Below, piece after piece: positions 1 through 10,694 of a stretch of 64,000 bases of DNA (positions are counted from its first letter, which is position 1; every line of letters begins with the position of its first letter). The notes beneath the pieces are model-generated. The model made no database searches. It was not told the DNA's origin and saw only the letters and a program-made list of their open reading frames with translations. This stretch comes from Bdellovibrionota bacterium (GTDB taxonomy: Bacteria; Bdellovibrionota_C; UBA2361; CALJRW01), in contig JBGSMD010000063.1 of the NCBI GenBank assembly GCA_041740355.1, positions 53,002-117,001 on the forward strand, written 5' to 3'. The position numbers and the translations under genes were made by a program.

Positions 1-669
1 TTAAAAGATATTCATAAAATCTATCAAATGGGCGAGATTGAGGTTCCGGTCTTAAGAGGATTATCATTAAATATCGATCAAGGTGAAATGGTTGCCTTGA
101 TGGGCAGTTCGGGCTCTGGAAAAAGCACCTTAATGAATATTTTAGGATGCTTGGATCGGCCAACTTCGGGTAAGTATTGTTTAGATGGTGCAGATATTAC
201 TGATTACTCCAATGATCAACGGGCTAATTTAAGAAATAAAAAAATTGGCTTTGTGTTTCAGAATTTTAATTTGCTTCCCAGAACAAGTGCTCTGGAAAAT
301 GTAATTATGCCATTAGCCTACTCCGATGAAGTCATCTCGAAAGAAGAAGAAATTGAGAAAGCAAAAAAAATCCTAATTCGAGTGGGATTAGGCGATCGCT
401 TAGATCACTACACTTCGCAACTCTCTGGTGGCCAACAACAGCGCGTTGCTATTGCCCGAGCATTGATTAATAACCCTCCGGTGCTATTTGCCGATGAACC
501 AACTGGAAACCTCGACTCTAAGACAACAGCTGAAGTTCTCGAAATGTTTAAGGAGCTTCATGAAAAAGACCGAATAACAATCATTATTGTAACTCACGAA
601 GTAGAAGTCGCCTCACATACTGAAAAAATTATTCGTCTTAAAGATGGTCAAATTGAGGAGCAAGATTAA
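1..669 (+). CDS. ABC transporter ATP-binding protein (MacB/LolD-like), 5' end outside window
   Basis: Walker [13 protein letters not shown] signature LSGGQQQR and Walker B LFADEPT are present. The frame is open from position 1, so the N-terminus is truncated by the window edge. Confidence 0.85.
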   Translation, partial: LKDIHKIYQMGEIEVPVLRGLSLNIDQGEMVALMGSSGSGKSTLMNILGCLDRPTSGKYCLDGADITDYSNDQRANLRNKKIGFVFQNFNLLPRTSALENVIMPLAYSDEVISKEEEIEKAKKILIRVGLGDRLDHYTSQLSGGQQQRVAIARALINNPPVLFADEPTGNLDSKTTAEVLEMFKELHEKDRITIIIVTHEVEVASHTEKIIRLKDGQIEEQD

Positions 670-2033
670 TGAAGACTGCTCGTTTGCTTTTAACATCGAT
701 GACGGGATTGCGCCGAAACCTACTTCGAGCAACGCTCACCACATTGGGAATTATGATTGGTGTAGCCGCAGTAATTGCCATGGTTGAGATTGGTCAAGGG
801 TCAGCCAAGGTTGTGGCAAAAACAATTTCCTCCATGGGTTCTAACACCTTATTAATTATTCCTGGCACTGCGGCGAGTGGTGGTGTTAGCTTTGGAGCTG
901 GAAGTGTCATGACCCTTACACCTCAGGACGCCGAAGCATTAATTCGCGAAGCAACAACACTTCGCGCTGTCGCACCGATCGTGAGGACCAGAGGACAAGT
1001 TGTTTATGGAAATAAGAACTGGGTTCCCTCTTCTGTCACGGGAACCACTCCAACCTATCTCCAAGTTCAAAACTGGGAAGGATTAACTGCTGGTGAAATG
1101 TTTACAGAACAAGATGTTCGAAATGCTAGTAAGGTCTGTGTGATTGGCGCAACTATTGTAAAAGAATTATTTGATGGGGAATCTCCCATTGGCAAAGACC
1201 TTCGGGTACAAAATGTAGCGCTAAAGGTTGTGGGAGTCTTAAGTAGTAAAGGTGCCAACATGATGGGTATGGACCAAGATGATATTATTCTTGCTCCTTG
1301 GACAACAATAAAATCAAGAATCTCAGGAACATCAACAGCCAATACAAGTCAGGCAACAGTATCTACTAATACAGTTAATTCGATTAGCAATCTTTACCCC
1401 TCCACTGGTCTTGCCCTTTATCCGGCTGTTTCTGAAAATCAAACTGCGAATACTCCCTTAACGACAAAGTTAATTAATATTGACCAAATTATGACTTCCG
1501 CAAAATCCGCAGAAGATATTCCTGTCGCAATAGATCAGATTAATGAAATTATTCGCAATCGTCATAATCTGCGGACCGGTGAGGAAAATGATTTTAGTGT
1601 TCGTGATATGAGTCAAATGATTAAAGCTATGACTTCCACTACTGCTCTGATGACAAAACTTCTTCTTTGCGTTGCTATGATTTCATTACTTGTGGGTGGA
1701 GTTGGAATCATGAATATTATGTTGGTTTCAGTAACAGAAAGAACTAGGGAGATTGGCCTAAGGATGGCAGTTGGAGCAAGAGCTAAAGATATTCTTCTGC
1801 AATTTTTAGCAGAGGCAATTGTTCTCTGTTTACTTGGTGGTGCAATTGGAATTGCCTTTGGAAGAATTATTTCTATTTTAATTACGACTTTTCTGCAATG
1901 GCCAACACAAATGTCCGTGCCAGCAATCCTTGCTGCTGTAATAGTATCAGCTAGCGTTGGGATTATTTTTGGATTTTACCCAGCATGGAAAGCTTCTAAA
2001 TTAGATCCAATTGAGGCTTTAAGATATGAATAG
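669..2033 (+). CDS. ABC transporter permease, FtsX/MacB-type with large periplasmic domain
   Basis: N-terminal TM helix, a periplasmic domain of about 250 aa, and a C-terminal three-TM bundle (FtsX-like). ATGA start/stop overlap with the upstream ATPase gene. Confidence 0.8.
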   Translation: MKTARLLLTSMTGLRRNLLRATLTTLGIMIGVAAVIAMVEIGQGSAKVVAKTISSMGSNTLLIIPGTAASGGVSFGAGSVMTLTPQDAEALIREATTLRAVAPIVRTRGQVVYGNKNWVPSSVTGTTPTYLQVQNWEGLTAGEMFTEQDVRNASKVCVIGATIVKELFDGESPIGKDLRVQNVALKVVGVLSSKGANMMGMDQDDIILAPWTTIKSRISGTSTANTSQATVSTNTVNSISNLYPSTGLALYPAVSENQTANTPLTTKLINIDQIMTSAKSAEDIPVAIDQINEIIRNRHNLRTGEENDFSVRDMSQMIKAMTSTTALMTKLLLCVAMISLLVGGVGIMNIMLVSVTERTREIGLRMAVGARAKDILLQFLAEAIVLCLLGGAIGIAFGRIISILITTFLQWPTQMSVPAILAAVIVSASVGIIFGFYPAWKASKLDPIEALRYE

Positions 2034-3420
2034 ATTGTTATTACTTACTCTGATTTTCATTACCAGTTGTACCGTTGGTCCAAATTTTAAGTTACCAGAA
2101 ATTTCTGAGTCTGACACTTGGGCAACAATATCTAACAATCAACTTTCACAAACAAACACGACACTAACTTTTCAACATAATTGGTGGGAAAGTTATCACG
2201 ATCCAATTTTAAGCTCTTTAATTAATCGAGCCAAAGATTCTAATTTAGATCTAAAACAAGCAGTATCTAAAATTAGACAAGCTAGGGCGTCTCGAACAAC
2301 GATAGCTTCCAGTCTTTTCCCAAGTATTAATTCATCAGCAACATTTCAAGAAAGTGATTCTGACTTTAATGCGACTTCTAATAATTCAGGTTTATTCCAA
2401 GCAGGACTAGATGCCTCCTGGGAGTTAGATATTTTTGGAGGGATCCGTCGTAATATTGAATCCGCTGATGCTGAAATTATTGTTCAAGTTGAGAATCGCA
2501 ATGACTTGATTGTAACGCTGACTTCCGAAGTAGCACTTAACTATTTAAGCTTAAGAGGCTTTCAACAAGAGCTAGTAATTACAAATCTAAATTTAGCTGC
2601 TCAAAAAAAATCAGTTGATGTTACTGAAAAACTTTTTAATGCTGGATTTACTGGGAAATTAGATTATCTAAATGCTACGGCCCAACTAGCTACAACGGAG
2701 TCACAAGTCCCAAGCCTCGAAGCAAATATTCAAAAAACTATCTACACCCTTAGTGTTTTATTAGGATTAGAACCTGAAGTTTTAAATGCCGAACTTTTAC
2801 CACTTGGCACGATTCCTTCGGTTCCCGCAGAAATCGCAGTGGGACTTCCTTCTGAATTATTGAGACGTCGGCCTGACATTCGACAAGCTGAAGCAAGGCT
2901 TCATTCCGCAACTGCAAAAATTGGAGTAGCTGTTGCCGATCTATTTCCAAAGTTTACTTTAAATGGCTCAATAAATGTTCAGGCAAATTCCGCCTCTAAT
3001 CTAACGGCTGGAGATAATAGCTTTTGGTCTTTTGGGCCAGGAGTAAGTCTCCCTATTTTTAATGCTGGAAAATTAAGAGCAAATGTAAAAATTCAAGAAG
3101 AAATACAAGAACAAGCTTTAATTGAATATGAAAAAACTATTTTAAAAGCTCTTAAAGAAACTAATAGTGCATTAGTTGATTATCAACGAGAACAAGAGAG
3201 TCGTCTTACCTTGGAACAAGCAGTCAACGCTAATTTACAAGCAGTGGAGATAGCACAAGAACTCTATCGAACTGGACAAACCGATTTTCTAAACGTGCTT
3301 GTTACACAGAGATCACTATACTCTACGCAATCAGCTTTGATTCAAAGCACCAGGACCATTGCAACAAATTTAGTAGCTATTTATAAAGCCCTCGGTGGTG
3401 GCTGGGAAACGGGGAAATAA
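2026..3420 (+). CDS. Efflux outer membrane factor lipoprotein (NodT/TolC family)
   Basis: Lipobox LIFITSC. TolC-like alpha/beta repeat composition. 8-nt overlap with the permease gene, giving a tripartite MacAB-TolC-like operon. Confidence 0.8.
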   Translation: MNRLLLLTLIFITSCTVGPNFKLPEISESDTWATISNNQLSQTNTTLTFQHNWWESYHDPILSSLINRAKDSNLDLKQAVSKIRQARASRTTIASSLFPSINSSATFQESDSDFNATSNNSGLFQAGLDASWELDIFGGIRRNIESADAEIIVQVENRNDLIVTLTSEVALNYLSLRGFQQELVITNLNLAAQKKSVDVTEKLFNAGFTGKLDYLNATAQLATTESQVPSLEANIQKTIYTLSVLLGLEPEVLNAELLPLGTIPSVPAEIAVGLPSELLRRRPDIRQAEARLHSATAKIGVAVADLFPKFTLNGSINVQANSASNLTAGDNSFWSFGPGVSLPIFNAGKLRANVKIQEEIQEQALIEYEKTILKALKETNSALVDYQREQESRLTLEQAVNANLQAVEIAQELYRTGQTDFLNVLVTQRSLYSTQSALIQSTRTIATNLVAIYKALGGGWETGK

Positions 3421-3490
3421 TTTTCTTTCCTTTTTGAATCTGAGGAAATAAACTACATTTTTTGCCTAGCTAACAAAGATTAAATTAAAA

Positions 3491-4462
3491 TTAATCTCTG
3501 GAAACAGAAATTACATTTCGTGGTAAATACTTAGATGTCCAAGAACGTGTGATCGGACTTCCGGCTGGACCTTCCGTCACTTCTAAAGTTATTTCAATAG
3601 CTCTTATTTCCTGCCATTGTTGACTAGACGTAAATGACGAGAAGATTGTTCCATCTTGCATCTCAACTCGAACCTGAAAATCGGTGATATTATTAGCAAT
3701 ATTCATAAAGAAACTAGGGTCATTGGAATCCACTAACTGTAAGATGTTAGTTGTAGTATCGAGCTGAATTCTCCATTCTTCCAATAGGTAAACAGAAGCA
3801 TTAGCAGCTGAAAAATTATGTTGCCAGTTTCCACTACTGGCAGTCTTGAAAATACGGTATTGGTTGACCCCGGCAGATACTGACAAATTTTCTACGCTTT
3901 CAAAAGTTAAATATTCGCCAACAAGACTAGATGCGTCGAAAATATAGGCTTTTGCTTCTCCACTATCTTCGCCGGCTAAGTATGCCCCCCAAACATTAAA
4001 GTTATTGGCATTGACACTATGACCACAAGCCCCTGGCAATGGGGTCAGATTAGTGCTGACGTAAGAAAAGAATAAATTTCGGTCGGCACTAGTAGCTGTT
4101 AAATTTTGACATAATAATAAAACTTCTTCTAATAAATTTCTTCTTAAAGTTAAAACGTCTGGTGCTCCGCTAGCACCATTTTGTAATAGGAGTGCTGGGA
4201 AAACTGCTGGTAAATTTGCACCTAACAAACGTACCTCCGACGAAATCACGTCGAAAACTCCGCGTAATTCCTGATTGGCCCGAACATTCACTACGTCTTT
4301 GGCGTAAAGCTTTTTGAATGAAATAATTGAAGACAAAACTATCGAGCTGACCACTACTAAGATCGAGGTTGAAACTAAAATCTCGACTAAAGTCATCCCT
4401 TTAATTGAGTTTCGTGAGCACGCTTTCCACTTCATAAACTTCTTTACTATCATAAGTGACAA
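3491..4462 (-). CDS. Type IV pilin-like minor pilin / pseudopilin (prepilin N-terminal domain)
   Basis: N-terminus ...SIKG|MTLVEILVSTSILVVV carries the class III signal with Gly at -1 and Glu at +5. The true start is probably an internal Met (MKWKAC...). C-terminal domain is unknown. Confidence 0.6.
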   Translation of the reverse strand: MSLMIVKKFMKWKACSRNSIKGMTLVEILVSTSILVVVSSIVLSSIISFKKLYAKDVVNVRANQELRGVFDVISSEVRLLGANLPAVFPALLLQNGASGAPDVLTLRRNLLEEVLLLCQNLTATSADRNLFFSYVSTNLTPLPGACGHSVNANNFNVWGAYLAGEDSGEAKAYIFDASSLVGEYLTFESVENLSVSAGVNQYRIFKTASSGNWQHNFSAANASVYLLEEWRIQLDTTTNILQLVDSNDPSFFMNIANNITDFQVRVEMQDGTIFSSFTSSQQWQEIRAIEITLEVTEGPAGSPITRSWTSKYLPRNVISVSRD

Positions 4463-4826
4463 CTACTTTTAAATGTCTTGTTTCGCTAGTTGCTGTTGGA
4501 GGGCAATATGTCATATTACTACAATAAGTTACCACAACTTGATAAGTCCTAGCACCAAAAGTGATATTGATCGGTGCGTTAGAGGTAACAGTTGAAGGCA
4601 TAGTTGTTGTATTCTCCAATCTCATTTGGTCAAAAACTTGTTGTGCCGCAATCTGAGCTTCTGATTTAATTTCACCCAGTCTTAACATACTATTTGCTTG
4701 CATTACAGAAGTACTAAAAGTTGCCGAAACAATTCCAATAATTATTAAAGCAACCAATACTTCAATTAAGCTAAATCCTGAAGCACTGTTAAAATTTCTC
4801 CCTAAAAACTTTTGTTTTAAATTCAT
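4401..4826 (-). CDS. Type IV pilin-like protein (prepilin-type N-terminal cleavage/methylation domain)
   Basis: ...NSASG|FSLIEVLVALIIIGIVSA, with Gly at -1, Phe at +1 and Glu at +5, followed by a hydrophobic helix. Confidence 0.7.
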   Translation of the reverse strand: MNLKQKFLGRNFNSASGFSLIEVLVALIIIGIVSATFSTSVMQANSMLRLGEIKSEAQIAAQQVFDQMRLENTTTMPSTVTSNAPINITFGARTYQVVVTYCSNMTYCPPTATSETRHLKVVVTYDSKEVYEVESVLTKLN

Positions 4827-4859
4827 AACAATTAATTAATTACGTTTAGGGCTGCTTCG

Positions 4860-5315
4860 TTATGAGGCAGAAATTCCTCCACCTAGAAAGATTTCAATCT
4901 TCTTAGTAAGTCCAGTCGTATCAGTAATATAAAATTCTTCATTATTTGGAAAACCACGAGAGTCAATACAAACTGACCAAGTGGTCGTGGTAAAAGTTGC
5001 CCCCACTGGTAAATCAAAGGTTAAACGTTGATCGTCGACCCAAGCATCTGCGGAATCACATGATTTGCGATAACTAGCAACAACCTGCGAATTACCGTTG
5101 GGAATAAGTTGATAAGCTACTAAATTAGCAATTGATTTAGCCTTAGCTAATTTATAAACACTAAGGACTTGATCCGTTGCAGATTGAGTTGGGGATACTA
5201 AATCTTTTAAATTCAAAACAGCGATCAACGATAAAATTCCAACTAGAGACATTACTACAAGAAGCTCGGCTACAGAAAATGCTTTAACTTGTAAAAATCT
5301 ATCTAACATACTCAT
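4860..5315 (-). CDS. Type IV pilin-like protein / pseudopilin (FimT/GspH-like)
   Basis: ...LQVKA|FSVAELLVVMSLVGILSL. Glu at +5 and a hydrophobic helix, with Ala instead of Gly at -1. Confidence 0.6.
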   Translation of the reverse strand: MSMLDRFLQVKAFSVAELLVVMSLVGILSLIAVLNLKDLVSPTQSATDQVLSVYKLAKAKSIANLVAYQLIPNGNSQVVASYRKSCDSADAWVDDQRLTFDLPVGATFTTTTWSVCIDSRGFPNNEEFYITDTTGLTKKIEIFLGGGISAS

Positions 5316-5530
5316 TTATATCGGCCTAAAGCAGGATAACTTTAATTTTTAGCCCTTAAGTGCGAAAACCACCTCGAACGTACTTTTTAAAAAATTACTT
5401 GGAATTACAATCAATTAAGATACTCTATAGTATGTTTTATTTGCTAAAAATAGCTTATTTTTCGCATACTCATACTAATTTAATCAACTTCATGATTTTT
5501 ATCCAGAGAACGGGTGTCATTTGAGCGAAA

Positions 5531-6601
5531 CTAACCTTTTCCAGCAAGCGTACCACAGGCAGCACTAATATCAGCACCTCCCGAGTATCTTCTAACCACA
5601 GGCTGTTTTAAGTAAATATTCAGAGAATCTCGAAATACATTCATTTCTTCCTCAGTTGGTCTCTGGTAACGATTTGTAGCATCCGTTACTTCAATTAAAT
5701 CCAATCTAACTTGGGTGTCACCAATTAACTCCCCCAAAGCTTTTGCATCCTCCTCGTAAATGTTTTCACCACTAATGCAGACATATGCGAGCATAATTCT
5801 TTCCTTACGCTTCAGGGAATAACGTCTAGCCGCCGCAATAATTTCTTTAATTGGTGTTCTTGCCGCAACTGGTACTAAGCGCTGGCGCTTTTCATCCGTT
5901 GATGCACCGATACTAATTGACAGTCGAAATGGTCGCTCTTCGTCTATAAAGCGATTAATCTTATCTAACACTCCAACAGTACTTATTGTGATCGCCTTGG
6001 AACTAATTGCATTTAGTACTGGATAGCAAAGTAGTTCAGCCGAACGGAGAACATTTTCATAATTTAAAAATGGCTCACCCATTCCCATAAATACAGCTCC
6101 CGTGACAGTGCGTCCAGAAGCTTCGGCAATCTTTCGTGCTTGTTGCAGTTGATCTACTATTTCCCAACTTTTTAAGTTTCGTTGTTTTGGCATTCTTGCC
6201 GTTGCACAGAATGTACAAGCCATAACACAACCAACTTGCGAGGAAAGACAAACAGTAACGGAATTTTCTTTATGTAATGGAATAATTACTGTTTCCACGT
6301 TTAGGTCATCAGTAGTCTTAAAAAGTAGTTTTTGAAAACCATCAAGCTCAGAGGTAACTATCTTCACTAATTGCAATGATGGTAATTTTTCTAACTCAGA
6401 GGCTCGCTGATTACTTATGATTCCAACCTTCGCCCATTCTTGGGGATCTAAATGATACCTACCAAGCACCGCGCCCAATAAACGTGCCCCATTTTTTTGA
6501 TTAATACCAAATTTTTCTAAATTTTCTAAAAAAATCTTAGGTGCGTAGTCACGAGGATCTAATAAGTTAGGATTATTATTAATTTTTAAAGCAGAAGACA
6601 T
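5531..6601 (-). CDS. rlmN: Radical SAM 23S rRNA (adenine2503-C2)-methyltransferase RlmN (RlmN/Cfr family)
   Basis: CxxxCxxC radical SAM motif within SQVGCVMACTFCAT. C-terminal conserved Cys (ISAACGTL). Typical length of 356 aa. Confidence 0.85.
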   Translation of the reverse strand: MSSALKINNNPNLLDPRDYAPKIFLENLEKFGINQKNGARLLGAVLGRYHLDPQEWAKVGIISNQRASELEKLPSLQLVKIVTSELDGFQKLLFKTTDDLNVETVIIPLHKENSVTVCLSSQVGCVMACTFCATARMPKQRNLKSWEIVDQLQQARKIAEASGRTVTGAVFMGMGEPFLNYENVLRSAELLCYPVLNAISSKAITISTVGVLDKINRFIDEERPFRLSISIGASTDEKRQRLVPVAARTPIKEIIAAARRYSLKRKERIMLAYVCISGENIYEEDAKALGELIGDTQVRLDLIEVTDATNRYQRPTEEEMNVFRDSLNIYLKQPVVRRYSGGADISAACGTLAGKG

Positions 6602-6787
6602 AATTAATACTGAACAACTTCGATGAATTGATTAGCGCGACTTTGAATTTGTACTAGTCACTATTGATTGCAAATATTAAATTATAGGAACTTAGAGTTA
6701 CTGGCAAGCAAAGGGTGAACTTGAGTAAAATAAAAAACTTGGTATCCTCTGACAAGAGAGTTAATTTTGTTGTAAGTTGTTTGATTA

Positions 6788-8467
6788 ATGCCAAGTCCAG
6801 TTCCAAATAGTGGTTCCCCTGAAGATCGAGGCACAAACTCGGCTGAACCTACTAAGATCGAAACAAAAGAGATACAGCTTTATCCAACAGTCGTTAAGTT
6901 ACAGATTCCGACAAATATTTTTGAAGCTAGTGCTTGGGGCAATATCGCTATTAATCACTTCAATTATGATACGACTGCCTGTGAGCTAATTCACAGAGCC
7001 GAAAGTCAATTGCCGGCACTGACAGAACTTGGTGAGCATTTTTATGAAGTAATTAACCGATCAACTTACCAATTAAACAATATTAACGACAAAGAATGGT
7101 TGCGTTTTTTAGCTGCTGGACCAAACACGTTATTAACAAATACCTCCAATCAAGATACTGTTAATCCTGTAGATGTTGCTTACGCAAATATATTATTCTC
7201 TGCTAGTTGTCTTTGCAAAGCAGACGCTGTCCAAGACCATAGCTCTAATATTTACCAACGTTGGCGAGAAGCTGGTTTTGTTACCTGTGCTCATGCCATT
7301 ATTCAACTACACGAGTCTGTGAGATTTGATTCGATAGTGGGCCCAATGCCTGTAGTACAACTGAAAGAGAAGTTATTGGCTTTAGAAAGTGAGCACCCTG
7401 GTAGATCGCTGCGCTTAGAGCGCGCGGTAGATGAACTGATTCAAAGTTTTGACACGAGTACTGACCACCTTGCTAATATTATCAAGGAGCATGGTACTAT
7501 TGGGGATAAAATCTTCTCACTATCATCAGAGACAGTTACAAAAAACTTTGAAATTACTCGTCAGAACCACCAAATTTTTGGAACACTACAAGATCAAATT
7601 AGGGCTCAAACTACTCGGGACTCTTGGATTAATGCCGATGATCATCTGCCAAAGCTTGTGAATGCTGAAGGTGGACATTTATCATGTTTCCCTGATGCCA
7701 TCTTTCGAAGTGAGCACTTAAGAAAAGCCGCAATTGGGATGATTTGTGAAATCAATAAACAAGCAGATCAGATTATTTTGATGGGGACACGTTGGGTAGA
7801 TCCGCTAGTTAAATCTGATTTGCAAAAACGCTCCGCTCAGGATCTTGTTAATTTGATCCATTACTGGTTGGAAGATACAGATCCTAACATTACCTTAAAA
7901 TCACTCATGAACTTAACAGCAGAATCTGAATTGCTTAACGGTGTCTATACTTTTTTTAAACATTTAAAAAATAGTCATGCTAATTCTCGCGCCTCTCTCC
8001 AATTAAATATCAATCCAGATCTTACTAATCATTTTGACAAGGAAAAAGTTGTAATTATTGGTGATAATGAATGGACTAGTTTTTTTCATAATAATAAATA
8101 TGTTTCGATTTATTTAACAAACACCAGTGCCGAAAATAAACTTGATTTCTCTCGTCCTATTAGCGAGAACTCTGGTGTTAGTTATGTTAAAGCTGCAGTT
8201 TATAATGTGGCAAATGAACCCGATCGGGGCTGTGGTGCCTGGAAAAGTTGCTATGTTTCTGGACCTGGACTTCATCAAGTAATTTCATCTGTTAAGTGGG
8301 AAAATTTTACCGAACAATTCCATCATTTTACACGCACAGGATCAATTCAAAAGGACCAGCCACATTCTGATCGCCTTCACAATCATTACGTTTTTATCCA
8401 TCATCATGAACCTGAACGGAAAAGAGTAGCCCGAATGCAACCTAAAAATCGCTTTGTAAACACCTAA
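6788..8467 (+). CDS. Hypothetical protein (559 aa, no signal peptide, no recognisable domain)
   Basis: Long ORF with coherent codon usage. No motif recognised. Confidence 0.5.
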   Translation: MPSPVPNSGSPEDRGTNSAEPTKIETKEIQLYPTVVKLQIPTNIFEASAWGNIAINHFNYDTTACELIHRAESQLPALTELGEHFYEVINRSTYQLNNINDKEWLRFLAAGPNTLLTNTSNQDTVNPVDVAYANILFSASCLCKADAVQDHSSNIYQRWREAGFVTCAHAIIQLHESVRFDSIVGPMPVVQLKEKLLALESEHPGRSLRLERAVDELIQSFDTSTDHLANIIKEHGTIGDKIFSLSSETVTKNFEITRQNHQIFGTLQDQIRAQTTRDSWINADDHLPKLVNAEGGHLSCFPDAIFRSEHLRKAAIGMICEINKQADQIILMGTRWVDPLVKSDLQKRSAQDLVNLIHYWLEDTDPNITLKSLMNLTAESELLNGVYTFFKHLKNSHANSRASLQLNINPDLTNHFDKEKVVIIGDNEWTSFFHNNKYVSIYLTNTSAENKLDFSRPISENSGVSYVKAAVYNVANEPDRGCGAWKSCYVSGPGLHQVISSVKWENFTEQFHHFTRTGSIQKDQPHSDRLHNHYVFIHHHEPERKRVARMQPKNRFVNT

Positions 8468-8628
8468 CTGTTAATTAACAATATTTTAACCTAGTCCCTT
8501 AAGGGTAGCTTTAAGCCCTTTCACCATTGTACTAAACGAAATTAAAAACTAACTCTCAATGTCGTCTAGTATTTGGATGTCGATCGGGCTATTTTGAAAA
8601 ACAACTCTAGATCGGATAAAGTCCTCTC

Positions 8629-9162
8629 GTGCCCAATCATAAGCTCCATCGTAATTTTAATATTATCCTGCTCTGTCCGATCGTGGTTGCTTGTCTTTAT
8701 TATTACCTACAGATTGATCTTCGGATGCTTGGAATACTAACACTTGCCTTTATCTATGCTACTTTTTTTGCGCACCCGGACTTGGACTTAGCGAACCAAA
8801 TTAAGCTTTTTTCTTTCACTGGAATATTTACCCTACCATTTAGGATTTTTTATGCTCCCTTCATTAAGCACCGTAGCAAAATCAGTCATAGTCTCCTCTG
8901 GGGAACTCCCAGCAGAATACTTGCTCTAGTACTTTTTGCTCTTCTAATAACTTTTCTCTATCTCTGCTATCAGAAACTTGGCTCTACTGGTCTTCATAAA
9001 AACGACTTGGCAACAATCTGGCAAAAGGTATTAATCATTGCCAAAGTCGCTGGTGTAAGTTCTTGGCAGCTGGCTATTCAACATCAAACTGAAATTTTCT
9101 TTGCTATAGCTGGGTTTTATTTAGCAGATCTAGGGCACTTGCTACTCGATAAATTACGATAG
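8629..9162 (+). CDS. Hypothetical integral membrane protein
   Basis: Several hydrophobic helices. No recognisable motif. Confidence 0.45.
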   Translation: MPNHKLHRNFNIILLCPIVVACLYYYLQIDLRMLGILTLAFIYATFFAHPDLDLANQIKLFSFTGIFTLPFRIFYAPFIKHRSKISHSLLWGTPSRILALVLFALLITFLYLCYQKLGSTGLHKNDLATIWQKVLIIAKVAGVSSWQLAIQHQTEIFFAIAGFYLADLGHLLLDKLR

Positions 9163-9211
9163 TCAAAAAAAGATCTAGGAGATTCCAAAAAATAATGATA
9201 CTTATATCAGA

Positions 9212-10147
9212 ATGCCGATTGCCTTTAGCCCGCAAACTGCTGGTTTTACTTATCCTGATGAATTCTTGGGGGCAAATCTACCGCGTCCAGCTTACCACTT
9301 AGAAGCGTCTGCTTTCCAGCCGCAACCAAGTCAAAATCAACAATCCTGTTGTCCAAGTTATATTTTTCAAAACATCCTTACTTTCGAATCCCTTCCTGCT
9401 ATTGATTTAGAACAAGAACACAAGATTAGATTAATCGTGCCAACCGAAAAGATTACTTTCACAGGTCATCAATCTTATGGCCAAATTGAAATTATCGGAC
9501 AAGTTCATACTATTTATAATGAGGACACTCCAACCCTCAAGAAAATTGGAATCTGTCAGGAACAAGTCCTGCTTCATCTTCAAGCTAGAGCAACACAAAC
9601 AATTTTCGTTGAGGGACTTTGGAAAGATTTTCCCGCCCAGACCTACTCTCAAAGTCAATTTTCAGAATTTTGTTTCTACTTACTACCGAATGAGCATGCC
9701 AAAAATCATCAGCCACAAAACTTCAGCGGATTTATCAAAAACCTATTTCAGAACTTTCAGCCAGGTGCAGAATTTACTGAAGAACAAAAACTTTACTTGG
9801 GATTAATTGGAGCTCCTTATATTTACGCAATTTGTAATCCACAAGTTAGTTTAATGAAAACTATCTCATCTGAAGATGATTTGAGAATTCCTAAGCTGAT
9901 TGAACAGCATAAAAACAACTCAGAGACGGTTCATTTTTTACGTTTTGAATTACGAGAATACCTCGCGCTTCAAGAGGCAAAGAATTATCTAGAACGAAAC
10001 CCAGGGACTAGAGTTTCCATTGTCTACGGAAGCAGTCATGAGTTTCTCCCTCAGGCAGATAAGGTATTTCGTCAAAACACTCCAATAATTACCACCGTTA
10101 AATGGAGCTCGCTAGAAAACAAGCTAGGGTGGGACAATGCCGCCTAG
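9212..10147 (+). CDS. Hypothetical protein (311 aa)
   Basis: ORF only. Nested alternative-frame ORFs were judged spurious. Confidence 0.45.
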   Translation: MPIAFSPQTAGFTYPDEFLGANLPRPAYHLEASAFQPQPSQNQQSCCPSYIFQNILTFESLPAIDLEQEHKIRLIVPTEKITFTGHQSYGQIEIIGQVHTIYNEDTPTLKKIGICQEQVLLHLQARATQTIFVEGLWKDFPAQTYSQSQFSEFCFYLLPNEHAKNHQPQNFSGFIKNLFQNFQPGAEFTEEQKLYLGLIGAPYIYAICNPQVSLMKTISSEDDLRIPKLIEQHKNNSETVHFLRFELREYLALQEAKNYLERNPGTRVSIVYGSSHEFLPQADKVFRQNTPIITTVKWSSLENKLGWDNAA

Positions 10148-10227
10148 TTTTAAGTAATCCGTTAAAAGTGAATTTCAGCTGACAACCTTTCCGACACTCC
10201 AGTCGTCTAGTAAAATGAAGTCAATAC

Positions 10228-10689
10228 ATGAACTATAATCAACTGGTCGAAGAGCATTACGAAGCGGTATATAGATTTTGTTATTATTTTATGGGTTCTA
10301 AGCAAGATGCTGAAGACCTGACTCAAGAAGTCTTCATAAAAGCTAATAAAAAACTATCAACACTGCAATCAGAGTCCTCAGCTAAAAGCTGGTTACTTCA
10401 GATTGCCCGCAACAAGTGTATCGACCGGAAACGTTGGTGGAAAAGACTCTTTGCTTTAAAGGAGCAAGTTGGTGCAATCCAACTACAGAGCAGTCACTCT
10501 CCAGATATGAAAATCATGTTGGAGAAAGCACTGAACTTGCTTTCTGCTAGGCAAAAAGAAGTTTTCATTTGTAGACATTTTATGGACTACAGCACAGAAC
10601 AAACCGCGGAGCTTCTAGGAATTAATTCCGGGAGTGTAAAATCTCACCTGAGTCGCGCAATTGAAAAAATGAGTAAGGAATTGGAATAA
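10228..10689 (+). CDS. RNA polymerase sigma-70 factor, ECF subfamily
   Basis: Sigma-70 region 2 (DLTQEVFIKA...) and region 4 HTH (STEQTAELLGINSGSVKSHLSRA). Confidence 0.85.
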   Translation: MNYNQLVEEHYEAVYRFCYYFMGSKQDAEDLTQEVFIKANKKLSTLQSESSAKSWLLQIARNKCIDRKRWWKRLFALKEQVGAIQLQSSHSPDMKIMLEKALNLLSARQKEVFICRHFMDYSTEQTAELLGINSGSVKSHLSRAIEKMSKELE

Positions 10690-10694
10690 ATTAG

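Noticed and set aside
1067-1342. Short antisense ORFs nested in well-supported genes: 1067..1342, 2750..2950, 9431..9658, 9477..9806, 12019..12204, 16473..16700, 18748..19120, 24416..24598, 24764..24949, 34021..34215, 35703..35891, 36705..36902, 47808..48096, 49103..49939, 51304..51498, 52915..53163, 58216..58422, 59575..59760
   Set aside because: They lie opposite or within conserved coding genes, have no motifs, and are typical shadow ORFs.
6654-6836. 60-aa ORF in the rlmN divergent promoter region
   Set aside because: It overlaps the start of the 559-aa gene on the other strand and is probably non-coding promoter DNA.
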